Below are positions 47,914-58,325 of a stretch of DNA of 64,000 nt, one piece after another. The position numbers were made by a program, and so were the translations under genes. Numbering within the stretch: the stretch's first letter is position 1; every line of letters begins with the position of its first letter. The notes below the pieces were generated by a model. The model searched no databases. It was not told the DNA's origin and saw only the letters and a list, made by a program, of their open reading frames with translations. The DNA comes from an uncultured Candidatus Peribacteria bacterium (GTDB lineage: Bacteria > Patescibacteriota > Gracilibacteria > BD1-5 > JAGOOR01), in contig OZ246415.1 in assembly GCA_965231115.1 (NCBI GenBank), positions 883,621 through 947,620 of the forward strand, written 5' to 3'.

Positions 47914-48507
47914 CTATTCCAAAGATTTTTCTATCTCAAGAAGCGTTTCAAATTCCTCTATCATTGGATGATTCCAGGTTTCTCGAAGCATCTTCAGAAC
48001 ATTTTCTTCAAACCAAATTTTTTTATCCTTTCATTTATTAAAAAGCTTCCAAATATCTTTTCAGTGATCATTGTAAGCTATAAATAAAGCTTCGAGATTG
48101 TGAATTTTATCAGCCACAGCAATTGCTTTTGCTCACTCTGATCCATTCCTGACAGTTTCAATATATTTAAGTTTTTTTTCTTCCCAAGGAAGACTCGGGT
48201 CATTTGAAACTGCCTTTACTAATTCGTACACTTCTTCTCCGAGTTCCTCACGGAAACTATCTACAGTATAGTTCGTGTCTTCCAGGACATCATGAGTTAG
48301 AGCAGAGGCTAGTATGGTATCTGAAAAGCCATATTTTGCTAGCCTTAGAGCAATCATGAAAGGATGTGTCATGAAAGGAACTTCCTCTCATTTCCGTTTC
48401 TGGTTAGCATGAGCTTTAACGGCAAGCCGAGTGGCTTTTTCAAGAATTCATATATCAAAATCAGGTTTTTTAATCTTCTTTTCTGCTTTTTTTAGATTTT
48501 TTTTCAT
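47914..48507 (-). CDS. HD-domain hydrolase, SpoT/RelA-hydrolase (small alarmone hydrolase)-like
   Basis: HANQKRK..PFMTHP and ALTHDVLEDT motifs. ATG 48507 is in frame with track ORF 48133..48372 and continues through TGA to TAG (plus cta 47914-47916). Confidence 0.65.
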
Positions 48508-48618
48508 ACGATAAATTTTATTTAATAAAGCCCTCTTGTCACGATTGATATTAGTTTCAATAATCTTGAAGCATCTAAGCGTCTCTCGCACTAATCAATC
48601 ACAACACAATCATAATTG

Positions 48619-49221
48619 TTATCGTGCTGCTCCCGAGCTTTTAGATAGACCATATTCCCAAGGATTAATAGTTTTATAATCGTAGAGGTAGAGGACTTTG
48701 TGTTTTTTCGGATCTTTTTGACGAGAATTATAGGCTTCAATTTCTGCTTCTATATTAGGCACACTGTCTTCTCTGCTAACCCCGATATAGATATTTTTAA
48801 CAGGACTCTGAATTATGGCTTTCAAGATGTGTTCATCGTGTTTCTTGAGAACGGTACCGAATATAAGAAGATCTCCTCAAATAGCTCAAAGAGATCTGTA
48901 ACAATGATTGAGGTAGCCATTATGGATGATTTTTTTCATCTTTTGCTCACTCTCTCACTCTGAAACAAAAACAGGATAGATGTTGTTCTCGAGATTGCCT
49001 CGTATTTGTGTTACCAGATCGACTCAAGTCTTGCTATATGTCTTTTTGATTATTTCGTCTCCTGCATCGAAGATATGGAGTGCTCCATGAAGAAAGTGCA
49101 GTTCGAAGCTTTTTGAATTCCAATAAACAACAAATCACTCATGGGAACTCTCTTCAGTTTCTCAGAAACCGTCTTGGCGATAGGGTACAAAAAAGGGCGG
49201 TCGAAACGCGCTTTCATGAGA
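48619..49221 (-). pseudogene. probable 5'-truncated remnant of a SIR2-like/DUF4917-like gene
   Basis: The frame is open for 200 codons below an in-frame TAG (plus cta 49222-49224). No ATG/GTG/TTG occurs in the first 94 codons, although they contain protein-like LHFLHGALHIFD and FVSEGESEQK motifs. The first ATG (48939) would give only 106 aa. Family call is from memory of the motif pattern. Confidence 0.4.
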
Positions 49222-49369
49222 CTATCGCCAAGACAGCTTCATTCTCGTTCTTTACACAAAAGACCGAAGTCAAATCTGAAAGGACGGAGCGGTTTACAAC
49301 CGCCCTATACTAGATTCGAAGGGTATTTTGGGTAAAAAATGGAACGAAAAGAAATGTAACTGTCTTGGC
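49171..49369. other. noncoding segment with alternative long-range pairings
   Basis: 49223-49234 (tatcgccaagac) pairs perfectly with 49171-49182. 49227-49236 (gccaagacag) also pairs perfectly with 49360-49369. Local hairpin gcggtt-tac-aaccgc at 49289-49303. agggcgg (49194-49200) is complementary to ccgccct (49300-49306). Confidence 0.4.
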
Positions 49370-49421
49370 TTTAAGAGCTTAGCCATTTCTTACCTTTATC
49401 AAGTCTTATTTGCTGTACTCT

Positions 49422-49655
49422 ATGCCTTATATTGATTTGGATGAAGAAGAGCGTAGAATACACAGTATGAATAAGATAATCTGTCCGCAATGCTGATCTG
49501 AGAACATTCAAGATTTACTACCTGAGGTAAACAGTGAAGGGAAAATATTTCGCAAACAGTATGAATGTAGAGAGTGTAGTAATAGATTTGAAGTACCACC
49601 TAGTGAAGAAGAAATCGCAGTTTTTAAAAAAATGATAGCTGAAATTCCTAGGTAA
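49422..49655 (+). CDS. small zinc-ribbon protein (77 aa)
   Basis: CPQC-G-S..CRECSNRF: two CxxC pairs, with the Gly of CPxCG encoded by TGA 49494-49496. Ends at TAA 49653-49655. Confidence 0.5.
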
Positions 49656-49791
49656 TAGAAATGAGCAAATTCATTGATACTTTGATGGTTTTTTAAAGTC
49701 TCTCTTAGTGTACCTCATAGATAGGCATAACGGTCTCACACCCTTAGTATTTATTACCAATCCCACAAAGGATTTAAGCCATAAATTAAGC

Positions 49792-49819
49792 AAAAAAATG
49801 ACCCTAGGTAGTAGGGTCA
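49792..49819 (-). terminator. hairpin terminator downstream of tRNA-Gln
   Basis: tgacccta / tagggtca stem with a T-run on the minus strand. Confidence 0.55.
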
Positions 49820-49842
49820 CAATGTGACAATAGTGTACGTAA

Positions 49843-49917
49843 TGGTTGGGGATGAGGGATTCGAACCCCCGCGTGGCGGAGTCAAAGTCCGCTGCCTTAC
49901 CGCTTGGCTAATCCCCA
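49843..49917 (-). tRNA. tRNA-Gln (anticodon TTG)
   Basis: TGGGGAT/ATCCCCA acceptor, GCCAAGCGGTAAGGC D-arm, CTTTGAC loop, GGTTCGAATCC T-arm and encoded CCA. Confidence 0.85.
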
Positions 49918-49983
49918 ACGTACGCCTGAGTTTAGAGAAAAATCTGTTTTTGCAAATGCTGTTTTCCAAATAAAATATTTTTT

Positions 49984-50011
49984 TTGACAAATAGTATCCT
50001 CTCTCTACAAT
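49984..50011 (+). promoter_or_regulatory. putative promoter of tRNA-Asn
   Basis: TTGACA-16 nt-TACAATGC, 8 nt upstream of the tRNA 5' end. Confidence 0.5.
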
Positions 50012-50019
50012 GCCCCAGT

Positions 50020-50094
50020 TCCTCGGTAGCTCAGTGGTAGAGCAGTTGGCTGTTAACCAATTGGTCGTAGGTTCGAATCCTACCCGGGGAGCCA
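50020..50094 (+). tRNA. tRNA-Asn (anticodon GTT)
   Basis: TCCTCGG/CCGGGGA acceptor, GCTCAGTGGTAGAGC D-arm, CTGTTAA loop, GGTTCGAATCC T-arm and encoded CCA. Confidence 0.85.
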
Positions 50095-50110
50095 TTCATA
50101 CAATATAGAA

Positions 50111-50137
50111 AGATCTGTTAAAAGCAGGTCTTTTTTT
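50111..50137 (+). terminator. rho-independent terminator after tRNA-Asn
   Basis: agatctg / caggtct stem (one G:U pair) with a 7-T run. Confidence 0.6.
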
Positions 50138-50145
50138 GAGTAATT

Positions 50146-51471
50146 TTATTGAATATCTATTACTATTTCCTCAAGAGCTTTATCGAGAGCTTTATCAGCT
50201 TCTTCTTGACTCTTGCGACTCCCTGCTACTATCCAGCCAATCTCATCGAGGATACATCATCTCGGAGGAAAATCACACTCCATGCCCACTTCTGCGAAAA
50301 ATACATATTCGAGGATATGACTCATATCTTCAGGTCACTTCAGATTTTTGAGAACACCAGCACTCGTAGTAAATAGATCTGCAGTTTTCATATACGGATA
50401 CATTCCAGATTTTGATGAGACATTTTTCTGTGAGAGCTCCATCCCGAAGGCAAGTTCGAGATTCGCAAGGATAAGGTCATAATTATCCTGTCAGAGCGGA
50501 AAAACAAAGTTTTCACCTCCTCCCATTCGAAAATTTATCTCTATAAGTGCAAATGAAAATCCGAGACTATCGTGTCGCACGCGAAATTCGACATGGAGAC
50601 AGGCAGTCTGTATATCTCGAGCTTGGTCCAGAATATGCTGAGTATATCGTATGACTTCTTTTTGTTCTTCCTCATCGAGACAACTGCATGTCTGAGAACC
50701 ATTTTCGAGAAATCATGGCTGTTGAGGTACGAAATTCTCCACAAATCACGACCAGACAATTTTTCCATTTTTGACAACGAGATTGAGATCGATATCAGTT
50801 CACTCAAAATAAGGCTCTAGGGTGATGGAAGAGAGACCGTGTTTTTGGACACAGACATTCAATTCTTCTGGAGTGCGGACGACATGTATGAGAGATTTCC
50901 CCACGCTCTCCACACCTTTGAGAATCAGCGGAAAATTATCAGACGAAACATGCTCATAGTCAACACACGGGAGAGATATAACATGAGAGCAGTCGAGAGA
51001 GAGTGAATTTTTTTGAGCGAAGAGCCATTCTCGAAGAGTTTGTTTATTTTTGAGGTGAGCGAGGATAAGAGGATTGATGCCAGGCTTACCGAGAAATTGC
51101 GCTATCTGAGCACAGAGGACGACACTTTTATCAGCAAAAGTCCATACGCCATCAAAAGTAATATTTTTTTCTTGGGCATATGATGATATTGCCTGAATGC
51201 GAATATCAGTCTCAGGGGCATCTGGATTCTCCAGAGGAGAAAATGAGTCATCACACGCTATCACGCCATCTACAGAATCAGAAAACCAACCCTGTGACCT
51301 ATCGAGAACTATTAGTTTTCCGACTCAGAGGTCTTTTATACGTTTAAAAACGAGGTATTTTAAACTCGGACCCGCATTGATGAGGAGTATGGTTTTATTT
51401 TTTAATTGTTCTCTATATTCAGCTGACGGCAATGTAGAATCCCAGAGGGTAGTATCAAAATATGTGAGCAA
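50146..51471 (-). CDS. ATP-grasp family ligase (start uncertain, probable TTG)
   Basis: The frame is open from TAA (plus tta 50146-50148) up to an in-frame TAA at 51493-51495. It contains track ORF 50800..51264. IEINFRMGGGE ATP-grasp motif and a pre-ATP-grasp KTILLINAGPS segment. No in-frame ATG upstream; the first candidate start is TTG at 51471. Confidence 0.6.
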
Positions 51472-51578
51472 TCAAGAGGTTAGTCAAGGACATTATGCAG
51501 AAAAAAATGAAAAATCCAATTCTTCGTAATTCCTTTATATAAAAGAATACAGACAAACTTGCTTTAGAAAAATTTTGG

Positions 51579-51860
51579 CTATAGTTGGTGAATTATCCAC
51601 TTTATGAGTCTCCCCGAGGCATCGCAATTTGAACCAGCACATACTTGGACCCCGGAAAAATTAGTGTCATGTGTCATACCACCAAAATGATCTAATTCAT
51701 GAGCAGTAATAGCGAATACGCGTAGTTCTATTGAGGCATTTTTATCAGCAGACTGAAACATACCATTTGGCTTTAATGAACTGATACAATGTATAGGAGA
51801 TACCGTTGTTCTTAAAGGAAACGAAGAAGATGTTTTACGCTTAATGGCCTGTCTCTTCAT
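51579..51860 (-). CDS. small protein with metzincin/archaemetzincin-like HExxHxxGxxH motif (93 aa)
   Basis: Uninterrupted track ORF. Contains AHELDHFGGMTHD followed by VCAGSNC. Confidence 0.45.
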   Translation of the reverse strand: MKRQAIKRKTSSSFPLRTTVSPIHCISSLKPNGMFQSADKNASIELRVFAITAHELDHFGGMTHDTNFSGVQVCAGSNCDASGRLIKWIIHQL

Positions 51861-52043
51861 GAGACTTGATATTGAATTAATGCGGGAAGCATCTCAAACA
51901 GTAACGCGAGATGATCATTACCAGCGGTATAGAAAAGAATTGCGTTTGATGGATATAATCATACCTCCGATTACACATCAAACAAAAACTACTGAAGGGA
52001 CGAAAGTAAGATGGAAATGGTTCAGTTTTCTACAAAGAGCAGC

Positions 52044-53459
52044 CTAACCGACACTCCCCTCCATCTCGAGAGCGATGAGAGCATTCAATTCCGCAGCATA
52101 TTCCAGAGGAAGTTCCTTTACAATCGGAGAGATGAAGCCGTTGATTATCATGGCTTTGGCAGCGTCTTCGGAAATCCCTCGAGACCTAAGGTAGTAGAGC
52201 TGCTCTTCGCTGATACGTCCAGCACTGGCTTCATGAGCACAGATGGATGAAGCATTTCGCACACGAATATCAGGAATCGTGTCGTTTTTTGAAAGCGAAT
52301 CAAGAATCAGTGCATCACAATCAATACGACTGACTGAATTGTGAGCAGATGGATGAATATCAAGCAAACCTCTATACGTCGAAAGACCTCCTCATTTTGA
52401 GAGAGACTTCATGATGACATTGGACGATGTATCTTCTCCGATATGGATAACCTTCGCTCCCCCATCGACTTCCATACCTGCATTGGCAAAAGCGACACCA
52501 AGATGATCACATGAAGACTTCCGCCCCTGAAGAATCGTACACGGATAGAGCATCGTCACCCCACTTCCGAAGTTCCCCCCCACCCATTCCATATATCCTT
52601 CTTCTTGAACAATTGAACGCTTAGTGTTCAAATTATAGGTATCGATAGACCAGTTTTCGACTGAGGTATAGCGCATCTTTGATTTCTTTCAGACAAATAT
52701 CTCGACCATGCCCGCATGGAGACTCGGTGTATTGTATTTTGGTGCACTACACCCCTCTATATAATGTACTCTCGCTCCGTCTTCAATAATCATAAGCGTG
52801 TGTTCGAACTGTCCTCCTGATTTCACATTCATGCGAAAATATGCTTGGAGTGGATCGGAAATTTCGACGCCCTTTGGCACATAGAGAAAGGTCCCTCCAG
52901 ACCACACAGCACCATGTAATGCAGCGAATATATGGTCACTTGATGGGATAAGTTTCATGAAGTACTTCTGTACCAGTTCTGCGTGTTCATTGACAGCCAC
53001 TGACATATCCTCGAAAATCACTCACTGATCTCGTAATTCTTGACGAAGATTATGATACACCACCTCACTATCATATTGAGCCCCTACTCCTGCGAGCATT
53101 GTCCGCTCGGCTTCGGGGATTCAGAGTCGCTCAAACGTGTTTTTGATGGTGTCAGGTACATCATCCCATGATTGGGCATTTGAAGCACCTTCTGGTCGAG
53201 CATAATAACAAATTTTTGTGAGATCAAGCTTTGAGAGATTAGGTCCCCATTTGGGCATCGCTTTTTCTTGAAAGACTTTCAGGCTAGCGAGACGTTTTTC
53301 GAGCATCCATTCTGGTTCTTTGTTTTGTTCCCATATTTTTCGCACGACCGACTCACTCACACCATATTCAAATACATTCGAATACGACGCATCATCATGT
53401 CCATCAAAGAGAGCACGGGAAACTTCTCCGAGAGTATGAATTTGGTCGTTATTTGACAT
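52044..53459 (-). CDS. sufB: Fe-S cluster assembly protein SufB
   Basis: Four track ORFs (53121.., 52689.., 52392.., 52044..) are in one frame joined by TGA. Conserved SufB sequence throughout ([32 protein letters not shown]). Confidence 0.9.
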
Positions 53460-53509
53460 TAATTTAAATAGTATAAAATTATATTTGTATTATATAAAAT
53501 TAAATTTTT

Positions 53510-53830
53510 ATGCCAGAAAATGAGCTCTTTTGTATTCCGGTAGGTATGTCAAAAATCAATGGAAACATTTGATTGCTCGGAGGAAAAATAAAGAATTGAA
53601 TTGCTAGAATACTCGTTGTCGGATGAGGCGCCACCGTAGCTATCACCATTCCGACAGTTATGGTTTTAGCAACTCTCAATAAGCAACCAGAATTCGCAGC
53701 AATGCTTGCAAAAACTGGAGGATTTGCAGGATTGTTGGCACTCGGAGGATTTTTGATGAAAAAAACATGAGCGCAAAAACCATCACATCCCGAGCGAGAA
53801 GAAAGCGATGATGAATTGAGAGATTGTTAA
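53510..53830 (+). CDS. small membrane protein (106 aa)
   Basis: ATG 53510 to TAA 53828, with 4 in-frame TGA. Two hydrophobic segments. No family recognised. Confidence 0.4.
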
Positions 53831-54507
53831 TTTTGATCAAACAGAACCAAATCTGCTCCAAAAAATTTACGCCATTCTTTTTGCACTGTACTGATAAAAT
53901 ACTCTGGCTCTGTTGCTAATTTTTCGAGAAACATATCCCTATTTCTCGGAAAATGAGGAAATGCTTTTTGCGCTTCACGTGTCAAAAAAGGATTATCTGG
54001 ATTTCCAGTAATATCTGTCAAAAATTTATAGAATCACATATTTCTCTGAAAACCAGACATGATGACATCACGCGTCATCGCTTGTCCAGTAGGAGCATGA
54101 GACTCCATGATGAGGCGAGCAGTACAACGCATATGATGATCGAAATCACCACCCACATTCGCGATGTCTGCATCCGCGATGATTTCCTGTCTTCAGGATA
54201 TTTTTGATCTATCTCGAAAAACTGTGCCCAAGATGAGATGTTCGACGTTATTACGTGTATGTATACCTATTCCAAATTTCTTGCCAATACCATGGCTAAT
54301 ACGAGCTGCGCGTACTTCATCATCCGACTGAACAGCAAAGGTATGATCTATATCATGACCTGCAGTCGAGAGGAGGAATTCGATATCATCTGCATATCCC
54401 ATTCTTATAATATTTACCATCACTTCATCTCCATGATCCGCACCATGAAATGGAACATCCTTATAGGATTGTAACATTTGGCAAGCCGCTTGTCGTAATT
54501 GAGTCAT
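53827..54507 (-). CDS. HD-domain phosphohydrolase
   Basis: Track ORFs 54193..54507 and 53827..54021 are in frame through TGA. HGADHG..GHDIDH metal-binding pattern. Confidence 0.6.
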
Positions 54508-54568
54508 AATAATGTTCGACTCATTATACCAGACTCAGAGATATGTCAAACTATTCCGTCAAAATTAC

Positions 54569-54868
54569 CTAAGAATGACCTTTGAGATTCTTGGATATTT
54601 TACGAGATCTTTCATGTTGTTTTCGTGTTACTTCTTTGATAAAACTGGAGATAACTCAGATAGATGCTATCACATAAAACATGGTAAATATTTTTCCATG
54701 ATCAGTCGCAGGATGAAAATCACCGTATCCTACGGTCGTAGCAGTCATCACCGAAAAATAGAGACTGTCGAGCCATCTCCATCATTCGATGATATGATAT
54801 CCGATAGTACCTATAAGTATGACGAGAATGGCACTCAGTGTCTGGTATTCAAAACGAAATACTGGCAT
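54569..54868 (-). CDS. minimal 2-TM potassium channel (99 aa)
   Basis: Codon-by-codon hand translation gives MPVFRFEYQTLSAILVILIGTIGYHIIE-G-WRWLDSLYFSVMTATTVGYGDFHP... The TVGYGD filter is present. Preferred over the antisense track ORF 54512..54877. Confidence 0.75.
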
Positions 54869-54883
54869 GATATATGAATTTAA

Positions 54884-56476
54884 CTACAAAACCGAAGCAG
54901 CTATAAGTCCATCAAAAAGTGGGTGTGGTTTCCCTGGTCGAGATTTAAATTCAGGATGAGCTTGAGTACCGACAAAATACTTACAAGCAGGATTTTCGAT
55001 GTATTCAATAAGTCGCCCCTCGTGTGAAGTACCCGAAAGAACAAGTCCGTGCGTACGAAGTATTTCATGCTTGTCTGGACAAACTTCATAGCGATGACGA
55101 TGACGATCGTTAATGGTTGTCGAGCCGTAAAGTTTCTGAATCAGAGAACCTTCGATAACAGTCGCATCCTGATGTCCGAGTCGAAGCGTACCACCTTTAT
55201 CGATTTTCTCATTCTGATCTGGGAGGTAGTCGATAAATGGCGTTCCTGGCTTTTCAAACTCTGTTGAAGTAGCATCAGCAACACCACAAACATTGCGAGC
55301 AAATTCTACCACAGAGAGCTGAAGACCGAGACAGATGCCGAGGAATGGGATATTATTTTCACGAGCATATTTGATGGCGGCGATTTTCCCCTCGATACCA
55401 CGAGAACCAAATCCACCAGGCACAATCATGCCATCGAGCTTTCCTGAATTTTTTAATTCATCTAAAAGATTTGGATTTCCCTCGATATCTTCTGCATTGA
55501 TCCAGTGACGACGAACTTTTGTCGCATATTTTGCACCAGCATGAACGAGTGCTTCCCGGACGCTCATATACGCATCCTCGAGTTCTGCATATTTCCCGAC
55601 AATAGCGATATTTACTTCTTTTATTGGCGAGATAACATTGGTGACAAAAGCTGACCAATCAGAGAGATCGATGGGTCTATGTTCGAGATGGAGAACTGTC
55701 TCTATCTTTTCTTTGAAACCCTGTTTTTCAAAGAGAAGTGGTACCTCATAAATAGTACGAGCGTCCGTTGCCTCGATGATATTTTCTTCATAAACATCCG
55801 TAAACATCGATATTTTTGGTTTGAGTTCAGCGGGTATAACGCGAGGACATCTCGCTACGAGGAAATCTGGCTGAATACCAGCCTCTCGGAGCTGTCTCGC
55901 TGAGAGCTGTATCGCTTTTGTCTTGAACTCTCCAGAAACTTCGACGTAGAGAAGGGGGACGACATGGACATAACATACATTCGTCGGACCAATATCGCGA
56001 CGAAGCTGGCGAATTGCTTCGATAAATACAGGACTCTCAGCATCTCATACCAATCATCCGATTTCGACGATACATATATCAGCTTTTGATGCCTGTTTGA
56101 TAATTCTCTGTTTGATTTCATCTGTAATATGAGGAATGACCTGAACCGTTTTTCCGAGATAATCCCCCCGTCTTTCGTTTTCTATGACGGTGAGATATAT
56201 TTTACCTGTTGTCGGATTTGATTCACGGTTGAGTTCTATATCGACAAATCTTTCATAATTTCCGACATCGAGGTCTGTCTCTGCTCCATCTTCTGTGACA
56301 AATACTTCTCCATGCTCATAAGGTGACATAGTACCAGCATCGACCTGAAGATAGGGATCCATTTTCATCATGTTCACGGTGTACCCAGAAGATTTCAAAA
56401 GTCGACCAATCGATGAAGCCGTTACGCCCTTTCATAAACCAGAGATAATACCCCCTGTCACAAAGATGATTTTCAT
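54884..56476 (-). CDS. pyrG: CTP synthase
   Basis: [18 protein letters not shown]-terminus. Track ORFs 56054..56398 and 54884..55807 are in frame. GICLG glutaminase Cys and the HRHRYE motif. Confidence 0.9.
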
Positions 56477-56639
56477 ATCCCAGGAGACTATTTACTTTTA
56501 CTGAAAAATCAAAAGGAAAAAAAGGAAAAAACATAAAATAATATAGTACTGGCACCTAAACAATTCAGGTGCTAAAAATTTGCAAAGGAAGAAAAAACTC
56601 CTATACTCACTCACAGATTTATTTTATTATTTTTCTTTT

Positions 56640-56954
56640 ATGACTCGCATACTTACCTCTAGTGATTTTGCAGCAACTATTGCCTCTGGCGTAACTCTCG
56701 TTGATATGTACGCTGACTGGTGTGGACCATGCCAACGCCTCGCTCCTATTGTCGAAGAACTCTCTCATGAATTCGAAGGGAAAGCAACTATTACAAAGCT
56801 CGATGTCGATGCTTCTGGTGATATATCTCAGCAATTTGGCGTCATGAGTATTCCGACAATTCTCATTTTCAAAGATGGTCAACTCGTCGATAAAACGGTC
56901 GGACTCGCTTCAAAAGAAGACCTCTCTTCTCTCCTCAATAAACACATAGCTTAA
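56640..56954 (+). CDS. trxA: thioredoxin
   Basis: WCGPC active site. Start taken at the internal ATG (MTRILTSSDF) of track ORF 56580..56954. Confidence 0.85.
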   Translation: MTRILTSSDFAATIASGVTLVDMYADWCGPCQRLAPIVEELSHEFEGKATITKLDVDASGDISQQFGVMSIPTILIFKDGQLVDKTVGLASKEDLSSLLNKHIA

Positions 56955-57236
56955 ATGATAAGCCTCTGACTTTATCTCCTCGCTGGCGTGACATTTTTCC
57001 TTGGTCTCATCTACTGGGCCATCATTATCGATGTGCTCTTGAGCTGGCTCACACTCCTCGGGGTGCATGTCATCATAGGCCCTCTGAATAGTATTACTCG
57101 TCCTCTCTACGAACTCACGAGAAAAGCATTTCCGACACGTATGGGAATGATAGATTTAGCTCCCCTCATTCTGATCCTCATTCTCGATCTTCTCAGAGCG
57201 ACTCTGATACCATTTTTGGTCAATTTTTTACGATAA
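56955..57236 (+). CDS. yggT: YggT-family membrane protein
   Basis: ATG 56955 directly abuts the trxA stop. In frame with track ORF 56988..57236 through one TGA. IIDVLLSW..IDLAPLI pattern. Confidence 0.6.
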
Positions 57237-57239
57237 AAG

Positions 57240-58085
57240 ATGATTCTCGATATCAAAACTCTCGCCAATACTCTTACAAAAGAAGTAGAGTGAGCGGTCA
57301 AAAAACTCTCCACTCCGCCGTCCCTGACAATCATCATGGTCGGTGACGACAGTGCGAGCGATGTGTATGTAAAAAATAAAATCAAAACTTGCAAAACTGT
57401 CGGAATAGATGCGCATCTTGTATGTCCAGAAAAATCGAGTACGAGTGAATCAATAAAAGACATAATTCATAAACTCAATAAAGATACATCTGTCGATGGC
57501 ATCCTCGTACAATCACCACTCCCCTCTCATATCAATGCGCAGGAAATTTTCGATTGTATAGATCCGATGAAGGATGTAGACGGTTTCTCTAGTACGAATA
57601 TGGCCCGACTCTACGGTGGCGACGAAACTGGACTCGTCCCAGGAACACCAAAAGGTATCATGAAAATCATCGAACAAGAAATAGGTACTATCCAAGGAAA
57701 AAATGCTGTGGTAATCGGCAAAAGCACTATCGTCGGCAAACCCCTCTCGATGCTCCTCCTCCATGCTGGAGCAACCGTGACTATATGCCACAGTAAAACA
57801 AAAGACCTCTGAGAACATACAAAAAGTGCTGATATAGTCATCTCTGCAGCCGGCAAAAAACACCTCATTACCGCCGACATGATAAAAGCTGGCAGCCTCG
57901 TCATCGATGTAGGAATCAATGTCGTGGAAAACTGAGAAGGAAGAAAACTTTTCGGGGATTGTGATACAGAAAATATAGCAAAAATAGCAGATATCACACC
58001 CGTACCTGGTGGCGTTTGACCGATGACAATTGCACTTCTTCTCTCCAATGTCCTCCTCGCCCACACGATTCAATGAAAACAATAA
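57240..58085 (+). CDS. folD: bifunctional methylenetetrahydrofolate dehydrogenase/cyclohydrolase
   Basis: [40 protein letters not shown] and PVPGGVGPMT motifs. In frame with track ORF 57336..57812. Confidence 0.9.
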
Positions 58086-58306
58086 AACAGTCATTCGTTC
58101 TATCGATAGCCATCATTACTGCTTTTCTCTGTGGAAAATATTTCGCCGAGACGCGAGAAAAAGAAATCCAGAACATAGATCCTCCACGAGTCTTCATAGA
58201 ACAACTCAAAACAAAAATGAATATTACGAAAAATAGAAATGATATTGAAATTTTTCTCAATGGGACGAAAATAACCGAAGGTATCAAGCTCGACGTAAAA
58301 CGCTAA
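58073..58306 (+). CDS. small N-terminally anchored protein (77 aa)
   Basis: Internal ATG of track ORF 58016..58306 gives [21 protein letters not shown] (TM segment). Overlaps the folD end by 13 nt. Confidence 0.4.
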   Translation: MKTIKQSFVLSIAIITAFLCGKYFAETREKEIQNIDPPRVFIEQLKTKMNITKNRNDIEIFLNGTKITEGIKLDVKR

Positions 58307-58325
58307 TCCATAATATTATATATCT

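Noticed and set aside
54512-54877. Plus-strand 121-aa track ORF.
   Set aside because: The opposite strand encodes a 99-aa K+ channel with an intact TVGYGD filter, so the plus ORF is most likely spurious.
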